Shown one piece after another: positions 26,361-35,030 of a DNA stretch of 37,756 nucleotides. Under the pieces are notes generated by a model, which made no database searches, was not told where the DNA came from, and saw only the letters and a list, made by a program, of their open reading frames with translations. Numbering within the stretch: position 1 is the stretch's first letter; every line of letters begins with the position of its first letter. Position numbers and translations under genes: made by a program. This DNA is from a virus, in the IMG/VR virus record IMGVR_UViG_3300045988_093993. One strand, 5' to 3'.

Positions 26361-27183
26361 TGTAGCAAGATACGTGAACCATCTGAACCAAAGTATTGAC
26401 TTTGGTTCGGGTGGTATTTTTATTACAGATTCCGAACTTAGGAATTATGAATGGGAATATGATACTGATTATGACGAGATCACCAACTTCCATAAGGGTG
26501 TCAAGGCAAAGAAAATGAAGATCATTATTTCAGCAGCCACTGAGGAAGAAGGGATTGCAAAAAGAAATGATATCTTCCAGATCTTTGAATCTGATATCCT
26601 TGCGGAACAGTCGGGAAGACTGTATCAGGACGGCTATTACCTTAATTGCTATATCGTAGCATCGAAGAAAGCAAAGTGGTATCTGACAAAACGGTACATT
26701 GAGATCGAAGTTACCATTGCGACCGATCAGCCGGACTGGGTGCAGGAGAGAGAATTTAATTTCCTGAAGACAGAAGGAACAACCGTTGAAATGGACAATC
26801 TGAAGAAATATCCATACAAATACGGATATTATTATCTGAATCAGGTATCATCTTCCTCGATCAATAATGTTAGTATCACGGAATCAGATTTTGTGCTGCG
26901 GATATATGGTTCCGTATCAAAACCGCTTGTGAAGATTGGAGACAATACCTATCAGGTCAATGTATCGCTGAATGCAGGTGAACGATTGGAGATTGATTCC
27001 CGGAGAAAAACGGTAAAGCTAATACATACTGACGGGTATACAGAAAATGTTCTTTGGTCAGCCGCAAAAGAGTATTACATCTTTGAGAAAATCGTAGCCG
27101 GTACACAGATAATTGCGTGGGACGGTAGCTTTTCATTTGACCTGATTCTCATTGACAAAAGGAGTGAACCATTGTGGAAGTAA
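26353..27183 (+). CDS. Distal tail protein (Dit-like)
   Basis: Immediately after the tape measure gene. Size. Confidence 0.65.
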   Translation: MLDVARYVNHLNQSIDFGSGGIFITDSELRNYEWEYDTDYDEITNFHKGVKAKKMKIIISAATEEEGIAKRNDIFQIFESDILAEQSGRLYQDGYYLNCYIVASKKAKWYLTKRYIEIEVTIATDQPDWVQEREFNFLKTEGTTVEMDNLKKYPYKYGYYYLNQVSSSSINNVSITESDFVLRIYGSVSKPLVKIGDNTYQVNVSLNAGERLEIDSRRKTVKLIHTDGYTENVLWSAAKEYYIFEKIVAGTQIIAWDGSFSFDLILIDKRSEPLWK

Positions 27184-28142
27184 TGTATACAGACGTAAAC
27201 AGGCTTCCACAAGGGAGCCTTAAAAAATATTTCGCTGATCTGGAACTCGGAGGCAATAATGACTTTGAGCTTCAAATGAATGTGAAAAATCACTGCATGA
27301 GTGCCGGATGCATCTGGTATGTAAAAGACGAAGAATACGGCGGTATTGTGGATGATGTAAAAGTCGACACAGAAAAATCCAAGGTATATTATTCCGGAAG
27401 AAGTTGGCGTGGTGTTTTGGAAAAGAAAGTGATCCGACCGGACACCGGAAAAGATTACCTGACAGTATCCGGTGATGTACATGATATTCTTGCATTGCTG
27501 ATAAAGCGGTGTGATCTGGTAGATCTGTTTGCTGTTCCTGGAACATCTTCCGGAATACAGATAAGCAGCTATCAATTTCCGAGGTACATTGATGCTTATT
27601 CCGGCATTGTAAAAATGTTGTCCTCGGTAAGTGCAAAGCTCAAAATTGTCTACAACGACAAGGATTCTTGTGTGAATATATCAGCGGTTCCCATAAGTGA
27701 TCTGTCAGAGAAGTATGAGTATTCCGATGACTACGGAATGAAGATCATAATCGAAAAGAAAACCGGAGGGGTGAATCATCTGATCTGTCTCGGAGCTGGC
27801 GAATTGGCAGCCAGAACGGTGATTGATCTGTATGTAGGTAAGAATGGTGAGATAACAGAAAAACAGGCATATTTCGGGGAATATGAAATAGCTGAAATAT
27901 ATGATTATGGAAACTCCGGATCCAGTTCTGAGTTAAAAGAGAAAGGAATTGAACATCTGAAGGAACTGAAAAGTTCGGATTCTGTCTCAGCATCATTCAG
28001 TAAATTGGATGTAGATATCAGTGATATTGTTGGTGGAAGAAACCGGGCGACAGGAATTGTTCTGAAAGAACCGGTTACGCAGGAAATTGTAAAAATAAAA
28101 AATGGCATAGAAACTATAACATATAAGGTTGGTGAGGAATAA
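27174..28142 (+). CDS. Tail-tip/baseplate protein (ReqiPepy6 Gp37-like)
   Basis: Position after Dit. GGAG lies 9 nt before GTG 27174. Confidence 0.5.
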   Translation: MEVMYTDVNRLPQGSLKKYFADLELGGNNDFELQMNVKNHCMSAGCIWYVKDEEYGGIVDDVKVDTEKSKVYYSGRSWRGVLEKKVIRPDTGKDYLTVSGDVHDILALLIKRCDLVDLFAVPGTSSGIQISSYQFPRYIDAYSGIVKMLSSVSAKLKIVYNDKDSCVNISAVPISDLSEKYEYSDDYGMKIIIEKKTGGVNHLICLGAGELAARTVIDLYVGKNGEITEKQAYFGEYEIAEIYDYGNSGSSSELKEKGIEHLKELKSSDSVSASFSKLDVDISDIVGGRNRATGIVLKEPVTQEIVKIKNGIETITYKVGEE

Positions 28143-28144
28143 CA

Positions 28145-29011
28145 ATGGCAACAAATTATTTAGATACAGGAGATACAGGACGTGCAGTTAGTGCAGAATC
28201 TGACGGTGCACTATTTGCCGGGATTTTTGGAAGTGCAAAATATGTATTAGAAAACGGCAGCCAGTTCAAGGCAGAGGTACAGTCCAATAACATTGTAAAA
28301 ATCTCCGATGGTGATGCAGTCATGTACGGACGACACGTAAGGATCCCGGCGAATGATAGCGCACTGGTGACTATTAACAATGGACATTCTGGAACGAACA
28401 GGATTGATCTGATCGTGTTCCGGTACACAAAGGATAGCACCGGAAAAGAAACGGTTGATCTGGTTGTGATCCATGGAGAAGATTCTACCGGAACAGCTAT
28501 AGCACCGACGGCGGTGGATGGAAATATACTGACCGGTGCAATGCAGTCAGACTTTCCTCTGTATACCGTGGAACTGAATGGAATCAACATTGTAAAGGTG
28601 AATCCACTGTTCAATGTGATCGGTAATATCAGCAAGTTAAAAGAAGAGCTTACTGAATTAAATAGCAATTTAACCAAAACTAACACTGTTTTAGAGAACA
28701 GGAAACCAATAATCGTTGATTCAACTGCGCAAGGAACAGTAAATTTGGATACCAATAGCTTTTTGAAAGCTGGCATTACATATGCCTTTATCGTTACAGT
28801 TTCCTCCAATATCAGCAGTGAAAGCTATAAACAGGAAATCAATTGTGCATTAAACAATGTAAATATGGGAAATAACGGAAACTATTACAGACTTACCTCT
28901 ACATTTGCAGGTAAATGCACTAAAGGCGATAAGATTCAAATTACATCATATAAAAATGGTGGATCTTGGAACGGTTTTGCGACAAGAGCTATTTTTATAC
29001 CAGTTAGCTAA
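28145..29011 (+). CDS. Tail fibre / receptor-binding protein: constant N-terminal part plus currently expressed variable C-terminal cassette (from 28658)
   Basis: Last structural gene. Coiled-coil ISKLKEELTELNSNL precedes an AT-richer C-terminal domain. Contains crossover site 1. Confidence 0.7.
   Translation: MATNYLDTGDTGRAVSAESDGALFAGIFGSAKYVLENGSQFKAEVQSNNIVKISDGDAVMYGRHVRIPANDSALVTINNGHSGTNRIDLIVFRYTKDSTGKETVDLVVIHGEDSTGTAIAPTAVDGNILTGAMQSDFPLYTVELNGINIVKVNPLFNVIGNISKLKEELTELNSNLTKTNTVLENRKPIIVDSTAQGTVNLDTNSFLKAGITYAFIVTVSSNISSESYKQEINCALNNVNMGNNGNYYRLTSTFAGKCTKGDKIQITSYKNGGSWNGFATRAIFIPVS
28656..28670 (+). repeat. Crossover site 1 (AATTAAATAGCAATT) inside the tail-fibre gene, in frame as E-L-N-S-N
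   Basis: 15/15 identical to the inner half of IR-L (29111..29125). The 13-nt core AATTAAATAGCAA is shared with IR-R. Confidence 0.7.
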
Positions 29012-29033
29012 AATAAGTAAATAAACTTATTTA

Positions 29034-29059
29034 CACTCGGCATCTGGTCGGGTGTTTTT
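29034..29059 (+). terminator. Terminator after the tail-fibre gene
   Basis: CACTCG-loop-CGGGTG plus TTTTT, preceded by an AATAAGT/ACTTATT hairpin. Confidence 0.55.
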
Positions 29060-29098
29060 GATATGCATTTTTACATGTAACTTTATTAACGACAGTAA

Positions 29099-29123
29099 GG
29101 AGTGATTCTTAATTAAATAGCAA
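29099..29123 (+). repeat. IR-L: GGAGTGATTCTTAATTAAATAGCAA, left boundary of a 743-bp invertible segment
   Basis: Exact reverse complement of 29817..29841 (checked base by base). Similarity continues imperfectly about 20 nt further inward. Confidence 0.9.
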
Positions 29124-29481
29124 TTGCCAAAAAAATTTTAATAATACACTCACAGAAGTAAGCATTGGTACAGACAGCTCGTATTTGTATTATAACGAAA
29201 GAGAAGCTTACATAATGATATCCGAATCTATAAAAAAAATTACAGGTGGAAATGTTAATACTAATATTGTTATTACGTTACCAAAAGAATTTAGAATCGA
29301 TACTCATGCTATACAAGGAAAATCGGCTCAAATCCTAAACAGCTCGTGGGTTCCAACAGGAGACTTGCTTCATTTAGGCATCAGTGGACAAAACATACGC
29401 GGAAGATGTAAGGAAAACCATGAAAATTGTGTAATTGTATTTTCAGCGCAATTTCCAAGATCCTTTCTTAAGATATCTTAG
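29113..29481 (+). other. Silent tail-fibre C-terminal cassette A (no ATG/RBS; frame opens at the TTA AAT AGC of IR-L)
   Basis: Hand translation LNSNCQKNFNNTLTEV...ITGGNVNTNIVITLPKEF.... Same phase relative to the site as in the expressed gene. Track ORF 29185..29481 is its 3' part. Confidence 0.6.
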
Positions 29482-29503
29482 AAGTATTCTGTAACATTTA
29501 TCG

Positions 29504-29827
29504 TTAAACAGCATATGTACAAAATCCAACTGTTTCACTACTAAACTTTTTAATTTGTATAACTGCTACATTTTCGCCGTTGATAGTTCCTCTTCCGATA
29601 TAGTTTCCGCCATTGCTTTCATAGATAGGAAACCAAACCTGTTTATTCGTAGCACATTCTTTAGGAATTTTCGCTATTACATTTCCGGTAACGTCAGAGG
29701 TATTTGTCAGCATAAATTGAAAGAAAAAAATATCATTCTTTTTCTCCAACCAGGTATATTTATCATAAAAAATAGCTTCACCTTGCGGAGTAACAGAATA
29801 AGATTTTTTCTGGCGTTTGCTATTTAA
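29504..29827 (-). other. Silent tail-fibre C-terminal cassette B (no ATG/RBS; frame opens at the TTA AAT AGC of IR-R)
   Basis: Hand translation LNSKRQKKSYSVTPQGEAIFYDKYTWLEKKND...VTGNVIAKIPKEC.... Paralogous to cassette A. Track ORF 29504..29749 is its 3' part. Confidence 0.6.
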
Positions 29828-29841
29828 TTAAGAATCACTCC
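29817..29841 (-). repeat. IR-R: inverted copy of IR-L, right boundary of the invertible segment
   Basis: TTGCTATTTAATTAAGAATCACTCC is the reverse complement of 29099..29123. Confidence 0.9.
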
Positions 29842-29854
29842 GGAAAGGAGTAAC

Positions 29855-30571
29855 ATGAAACTTATTTTCAACGATGCCACAGAATTAACTATCCAGTCAG
29901 CGGATATTCAGGCGGGTGGAAACCTTCTGATCCGTACCATATCCGAAACTCCGGAAAAACTCAAGATGCTTTTCCAGGATACGACAAAGACACGGAAAAT
30001 GATTGTTAAGGAGCGGGAGGATGTTCTTGTAACTTATGAGAATTATGAAAACTTCTATAGCATCACGGAATACACAGGAGGGATCTTCGGTGTGGCGATG
30101 TGCAAGAAGGAGGATCTGCCAGAAGTAAAGGCAGAAATCCAGAATGCTGCAGTTATGGTTGCACAGATCCAGGCGCAGGAGCTGACAGATTTACAGGCTC
30201 TGCAGGTACAAGCCATCTATCCAGAGTGGTCAGAGGATGGTGTAGAATATGCCAAGGATTATAAGATCCAGTATAATAACATCCTGTATAAGTGCGTCCA
30301 GGCACACACTAGTCAATCAGATTGGGCGCCGGGGGTAGCGCCGAGCTTGTGGACAGCTATTGCAAATCCGTCAAGCTCTGGAACTAAGGAGAACCCAATT
30401 ACGGTGCCGGAAATGGTAACAACGGCAGGAATGGAGTATGTAAAGGGTAAGTATTACAGTTGGAATGAAAAGGTTTATCTGATGAACCGTGTAGGAATGA
30501 CAGACGGAGAGAGCATAATCCTTTACTTCTCGCCGGATACATTGGTTGGTCAGTATTTTGAAGAAGTCTAA
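29855..30571 (+). CDS. Tail-fibre-associated protein with CBM5/12-like carbohydrate-binding motif
   Basis: YKIQYNNILYKCVQAHTSQSDWAPGVAPSLWTAI resembles the CBM_5_12 signature. AAAGGAG RBS just outside IR-R. Confidence 0.55.
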   Translation: MKLIFNDATELTIQSADIQAGGNLLIRTISETPEKLKMLFQDTTKTRKMIVKEREDVLVTYENYENFYSITEYTGGIFGVAMCKKEDLPEVKAEIQNAAVMVAQIQAQELTDLQALQVQAIYPEWSEDGVEYAKDYKIQYNNILYKCVQAHTSQSDWAPGVAPSLWTAIANPSSSGTKENPITVPEMVTTAGMEYVKGKYYSWNEKVYLMNRVGMTDGESIILYFSPDTLVGQYFEEV

Positions 30572-30678
30572 ATACTACATTACAAACTGATATCGAAAAA
30601 TGTCGAAATAAGTTGAAAATTTCCCGAACATTACTTTGTTTGTTACAATCAAAAGAAAAAATGCAGAAGGGTAATGAA

Positions 30679-30933
30679 ATGAAAGAAAAATGTGAATTTT
30701 GTAGCAGAAAAATTATGTTCGGGAAAAAGGACAGAACAAAGTTGATTGGTGCACGTCCTATAGTTTTGAAAAAGGGCGGCAAAGTGAGAAGGCTGGAGGT
30801 GTGGCTGTTTGGTGGTGAGTTAGACGAGAAGGCTGTAATGCATATCGGGGTGTGCGATTACGGAAGCGTTGAAGATATTTTTGAAATGAGGATACCGATC
30901 AGATTTTGTCCGATGTGTGGTGAGAAATTATAA
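30679..30933 (+). CDS. Small zinc-ribbon protein (CxxC ... CPxC)
   Basis: CEFC near the N-terminus and CPMC near the C-terminus. An extended -10 TGTTACAAT lies at 30641..30649 upstream. Confidence 0.5.
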   Translation: MKEKCEFCSRKIMFGKKDRTKLIGARPIVLKKGGKVRRLEVWLFGGELDEKAVMHIGVCDYGSVEDIFEMRIPIRFCPMCGEKL

Positions 30934-31053
30934 TAACAGGATGGAAAGGCAGACTCTTCGGAGCTGTCTTTTTATAATTGGAGAAAAATATGGATATCAG
31001 AGCAAAACCAGAAAAATCATTTTCATAAAATATACGAAAGTGAGAATAAAATA

Positions 31054-31410
31054 TTGAAAGCATTTTTATTACAAACATATATGATCGCACTACCGATTTT
31101 TCTTGGATACATCGTGTGGCTGCTACAGGAGCAGAAGAAAAAGCAAGCTACAGATGCAAAGGAACGTGATGCCAGGATTGCGGAAGAAAAAAAAGTCCGT
31201 AACGCTAATAGTGCTGGAACAATGCTACTTTTGAGAGTACAGCTTATCGAATACCACGACAAGTATATGAAACTTGGAACAATACCGTCATATGCATATG
31301 AAAATTTCTGTGAGATGTATAAAGCGTATCACAGGCTAGGCGGTAATGGGATGGTAACGAAAATGAAACAGGAAATTGATGAATTGCATCTGAAGCAAAA
31401 AGGAGAGTAA
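31054..31410 (+). CDS. N-terminally membrane-anchored protein of the lysis cassette (function unclear)
   Basis: Single TM YMIALPIFLGYIVWLL followed by a charged soluble part. Directly precedes the holin. Confidence 0.45.
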   Translation: MKAFLLQTYMIALPIFLGYIVWLLQEQKKKQATDAKERDARIAEEKKVRNANSAGTMLLLRVQLIEYHDKYMKLGTIPSYAYENFCEMYKAYHRLGGNGMVTKMKQEIDELHLKQKGE

Positions 31411-31736
31411 TGATTATGAATACAGAAATGTTGATGCAGTATATTACATATGCACTTGCCGGAGTTGGAATTCTGGCATTCTTTGTGAGTGTAGTTGTAC
31501 AGGTAATAAAAGAGATGCCGGCACTGAAAAAGATTCAGACAAATGTGGTGGCGCTTGCAGTGTCGCTGATCCTGACGCCAGTGGCGGTGGTGATTTTGTG
31601 CATTTATTATGGAATTGTAATTGAATGGTATTATGTATTTGCTTCGTTTCTGGCAGCATTTATTGTGTATCTGGTAAGCACCGGAGGCTGGGAACGGATC
31701 ACAGAAATCTGGAACAGAAGTAAATACAAAGAATAA
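31410..31736 (+). CDS. Putative holin (three TM segments)
   Basis: 108 aa with three hydrophobic helices and a charged C-terminus, upstream of the endolysin. Confidence 0.6.
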   Translation: MIMNTEMLMQYITYALAGVGILAFFVSVVVQVIKEMPALKKIQTNVVALAVSLILTPVAVVILCIYYGIVIEWYYVFASFLAAFIVYLVSTGGWERITEIWNRSKYKE

Positions 31737-31779
31737 TGGGGCGAGTGATCGCCCTCTTTTTTTGAAAGGAGAGAATTAT

Positions 31780-32100
31780 ATGAAAGCAATGTTAAGTCAG
31801 CCGATGGCTGGAAAGACAGATGAAGAAATTGTAGCAACAAGAGAAAAGGCAATCAAAGCCTTAAAGGAAAAAGGATATGAGATTGTGAATACTCTTTTTA
31901 CGGATGAATGGTACAGCAATGAAGCCATGAAAGAACGTGGAGTGGTTCAGATTCCGTTATGCTTTCTTGCAAAGTCGCTGGAGAATATGAGTTTATGCCA
32001 TGCAGCATATTTTTGCAAAGGATGGGAAAATGCCAGAGGATGCCGCATTGAGCATGAAGCAGCAGTGGCATATGGCTTAGATGTTATTTATGAGGAATAA
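31780..32100 (+). CDS. DUF4406 / nucleoside 2-deoxyribosyltransferase-like protein
   Basis: LSQPMAGKTDEEI ... YFCKGWENARGCRIEHEAA fits that family pattern. AAAGGAGAG RBS before ATG 31780. Confidence 0.45.
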   Translation: MKAMLSQPMAGKTDEEIVATREKAIKALKEKGYEIVNTLFTDEWYSNEAMKERGVVQIPLCFLAKSLENMSLCHAAYFCKGWENARGCRIEHEAAVAYGLDVIYEE

Positions 32101-32136
32101 AAGAAAACTGTATCTTTGTGGAAAGGAGGATTAGCT

Positions 32137-33192
32137 ATGGCACTGAATGGAATTGACATCAGCAGCTGGCAAAGTGGGATCAATCTTGCGGTTGTACCAT
32201 GTGATTTTGTGGTGATCAAGGCGACAGAGGGGATAAATTATGTAAATCCGGATTATATGAGAGCCTATGAGCAGGCGAAAACTGTAGGGAAATGTCTGGG
32301 AATTTACCATTATGCCAACGGTGGGAACATTCAGTCGGAAGCGGATTATTTTCTGGCAAACGTAGGAAATCGTCTCGGAGAAGCAATTTTGATCCTGGAC
32401 TGGGAAGCAGGAAACAATGCGTCCTTTGGCAGTTGCGACTATGCCTGGTGCAAAGGATGGTTGGACTATGTATATGAAAAGACTGGAGTGCATCCAATTT
32501 TATATTGCTCCCAGTCGATTGCATACAAATTCGATAACATAGGCAACTATGGCTTATGGATCGCACAGTATGCGGATAACGATCCAACTGGATATCAGGA
32601 CGCACCGTGGAATGAGGGAGAGTATACCTGTGCAATCCGGCAGTATACGTCTTGCGGAAGGCTTGCTGGATATGACGGAAATCTCGATCTGGATAAATTC
32701 TACGGAAGCAAAGAGGACTGGGGCAAATATACCGTCAGCGACAAGACGAACGTAGTTGTTCCGGAACAACCAGAAGCTCCGAAGCCGGCAACAGTAACAC
32801 CGGAAGGCTCAACCTTAGATCTGGCATACAAGACAATGCTCGGAGAGTTTGGCAATGGAGAAGACAGAATCCGGAACCTTGGAACCAGATACGAAGAGGT
32901 ACAGAACTTCATAAATCATATCTGGGCAACGAGTACAAGCAACTTGGTTCAGGAAGTATTATCCGGCAGATATGGAAATGGAGATGTGCGCAAGACGGTC
33001 CTTGGCAGCCGATATAACGATGTGCAGGATCAGGTTAATGACGGAAGCGCACAATACTATACCGTGCAGAGCGGAGATACGCTTTCCGGTATTGCAGCTA
33101 AATACGGCACGTCCTACCAGAAGGTTGCGCAGCTGAATGGAATCAGCAATCCGAATGTGATCTATGTTGGTCAGAGACTGCGGGTGAAATAA
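32137..33192 (+). CDS. Endolysin: GH25 muramidase + 2 Cpl-7 (CW_7) repeats + LysM
   Basis: GIDISSWQ ... VVIKATEG is GH25. [25 protein letters not shown] and [25 protein letters not shown] are Cpl-7 repeats. [30 protein letters not shown] is LysM. Confidence 0.9.
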   Translation: MALNGIDISSWQSGINLAVVPCDFVVIKATEGINYVNPDYMRAYEQAKTVGKCLGIYHYANGGNIQSEADYFLANVGNRLGEAILILDWEAGNNASFGSCDYAWCKGWLDYVYEKTGVHPILYCSQSIAYKFDNIGNYGLWIAQYADNDPTGYQDAPWNEGEYTCAIRQYTSCGRLAGYDGNLDLDKFYGSKEDWGKYTVSDKTNVVVPEQPEAPKPATVTPEGSTLDLAYKTMLGEFGNGEDRIRNLGTRYEEVQNFINHIWATSTSNLVQEVLSGRYGNGDVRKTVLGSRYNDVQDQVNDGSAQYYTVQSGDTLSGIAAKYGTSYQKVAQLNGISNPNVIYVGQRLRVK

Positions 33193-33199
33193 ATCACGG

Positions 33200-33229
33200 T
33201 TGACAGCACCAAACATGAGGACTTACAAT
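33200..33229 (+). promoter_or_regulatory. Near-consensus promoter TTGACA-18 nt-TACAAT pointing at the attP candidate and the integrase 3' end
   Basis: Hexamers and spacer counted directly. There is no credible CDS downstream. Confidence 0.45.
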
Positions 33230-33259
33230 TCCCTTAAAATAAGAAGAAATAACTTTATC

Positions 33260-33295
33260 GGTTGTGGCAAAATGGATGACCAAATTGTTACAACC
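33260..33295. other. Candidate attP core: GGTTGTGGCAAAAT-GGATGACC-AAATTGTTACAACC (10/14 matching inverted arms)
   Basis: Imperfect dyad between the endolysin stop and the integrase stop, the usual attP location in Firmicute temperate phages. Confidence 0.35.
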
Positions 33296-33304
33296 TATAA
33301 AGTA

Positions 33305-33337
33305 GCCGGAAAGCCCGTAAATACGAGGGTTTCCGGC
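33305..33337. terminator. Strong hairpin between convergent endolysin and integrase genes
   Basis: GCCGGAAAGCCC ... GGGTTTCCGGC (one bulge). No clear T-run on the + strand. Confidence 0.5.
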
Positions 33338-33338
33338 A

Positions 33339-34826
33339 TTATGAGTGGTATAAAAAGAAATGAATTTTCAGAGTATCGGATTCCCGATCGTAAACAATCT
33401 TATCTATAATCTGCTTTAAAGCTTCATTTTTCTGGACAAGAGAGTAAGAATCAGAAACCAGAATATCATGGACGGAGCTTACCCGATCCAGCATTTTAGG
33501 AGTAGGATCATCCAGAATCTTATCCGGCGTATTTTCTTCCAGCTCTGCAAGCTGCCGTTCCAGAGAGTCTCTTTCTTTGGCAATCAGAGCTTTATTTTCT
33601 TTATATTCTTCCAGTGTATCAATACCCTCTCTGTATGACGCACGTATCCTGTCCTCTTTGCCTTTCAAACTGGCAAGGCGTTCACTTATAAGGGTACGCT
33701 CATTAGAAAGCTCCTGTGGGCGAATTTCGCGCATTTCATAAACAATCGAATTGGAACCAAGAGCTTCTTCTAATGCTTTCAGGACTTCTTTTTCGATCAC
33801 CAGAGAGCTTACACCGTGTGGTTTATCGCATTTTCCTTTGCTGTATCCGTAGCAGGAGAAGTACGCATACTTTTCCCCGTTGGCACGCTTCATGGTCGTA
33901 GCGGTCAGTGTGCGCCCGCATACCGGGCATTTCAGCAGTCCGGACAGCCAGTGCTTATATGTAGAAGAGGGGCGCTTTCCAACCGGTTTATAGATCTTTT
34001 TCAGGCGTTCCTGGGCGGCATCGAAGAGTTCTTTACTTATAATCGCCTCCTGCATTCCGTCAGCAATGATCCACTCGTCCTGGTCTTTGATCCGGTTGGT
34101 GGCGTTTTCTATCCGGTTCCATCGGATCATACCGCAGTAGGATGGATTTTGAATAATATATTCGATACTGCGCCGTTCAAAAGCTTTCCCGTGGGATGTT
34201 TTCAGTCCGAGAGAGTTCAGATGTCGGGCAATATCAAAGAAACTCATTTTCCCATTTACATATTTATCAAAGATCATACGGACAATTGCAGCTTCTTCCG
34301 GAACGATAACCGGAGGCTTGCCACGTTCTATAACTTTATAGCCAAGTGGCGGTCTTGCCTGGTATGCACCGCGGGTGGCGTTTTCTTTCATGCCACGGAA
34401 TACCTCGCCGGATAAGCGAATGGAGTAGTATTCATCCATCCACTCTATGATACGTTCGATCAGAGAGCCGAACGGACCGTCTGCCAGTGGCTCGGAGATA
34501 CTGATCACATCTACATTATGTTGCTTCTTTAAAAGAGATTTATACACAATGGACTCTTCCTGATTCCGGGCGAACCGACTGAATTTCCATACCAGGATGC
34601 AGTCAACCGGATGATCCGGACCTTTGGCCAGACCAATCATTTCTTGAAATCCTGGGCGTTTATCCGCTTTTCTTCCAGAGATACCGAGATCCGTGAAGAT
34701 CTTCAAGATTACAATATTATTTTTGGCTGCATAATCCCGGAGGAGATGCTCCTGGGAATCCGGAGAGATTTCTTCCTGATCGTGGGTGGATACACGGATA
34801 TATCCGTATGCATATTTTAGGCTCAT
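33339..34826 (-). CDS. int: Large serine recombinase (integrase); start at ATG 34826, not the track start 34988
   Basis: MSLKYAYGYIRVSTHDQ catalytic motif, recombinase domain, zinc ribbon CPVCGRTL...C and C-terminal coiled coil. AAAGGAG RBS. Confidence 0.9.
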   Translation of the reverse strand: MSLKYAYGYIRVSTHDQEEISPDSQEHLLRDYAAKNNIVILKIFTDLGISGRKADKRPGFQEMIGLAKGPDHPVDCILVWKFSRFARNQEESIVYKSLLKKQHNVDVISISEPLADGPFGSLIERIIEWMDEYYSIRLSGEVFRGMKENATRGAYQARPPLGYKVIERGKPPVIVPEEAAIVRMIFDKYVNGKMSFFDIARHLNSLGLKTSHGKAFERRSIEYIIQNPSYCGMIRWNRIENATNRIKDQDEWIIADGMQEAIISKELFDAAQERLKKIYKPVGKRPSSTYKHWLSGLLKCPVCGRTLTATTMKRANGEKYAYFSCYGYSKGKCDKPHGVSSLVIEKEVLKALEEALGSNSIVYEMREIRPQELSNERTLISERLASLKGKEDRIRASYREGIDTLEEYKENKALIAKERDSLERQLAELEENTPDKILDDPTPKMLDRVSSVHDILVSDSYSLVQKNEALKQIIDKIVYDRESDTLKIHFFLYHS

Positions 34827-35030
34827 TGTATCAGCTCCTTTGTATTTTATGTAAAAAAGGGTACAAAAATAACAGCCCGAGAACTTTTGTTCTCTTGCGT
34901 GGCTGCTCCGAAGATGATACAATATTATTTGGAAATTGGGTATCTCTTCGGAGTACTTAATAGAGAAACATATTGGCGTATGTTTCATCGCTCGACCGTT
35001 CCTGTTGGCGCAGGAGCGGTTTTTATTTAT

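Noticed and set aside
29185-29749. Treating track ORFs 29185..29481 (+) and 29504..29749 (-) as ordinary independent genes.
   Set aside because: Both rely on TTG starts without any Shine-Dalgarno. Both frames stay open upstream exactly to the shared TTA AAT AGC of the inverted repeats. They are better explained as silent fibre cassettes.
33200-33409. 69-aa + strand ORF after the endolysin.
   Set aside because: It starts inside the promoter hexamer, runs through two hairpins and then antisense into the integrase gene. No RBS.
34906-34953. 48-bp element with 9-bp inverted ends (CTCCGAAGA ... TCTTCGGAG) considered as attP.
   Set aside because: It lies upstream of the int start within a multi-hairpin leader. 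The dyad at 33260..33295 is in the more usual position (between the lysin and the int 3' end) and has longer arm symmetry. The two cannot be discriminated without prophage junctions, so it is kept only as an alternative.
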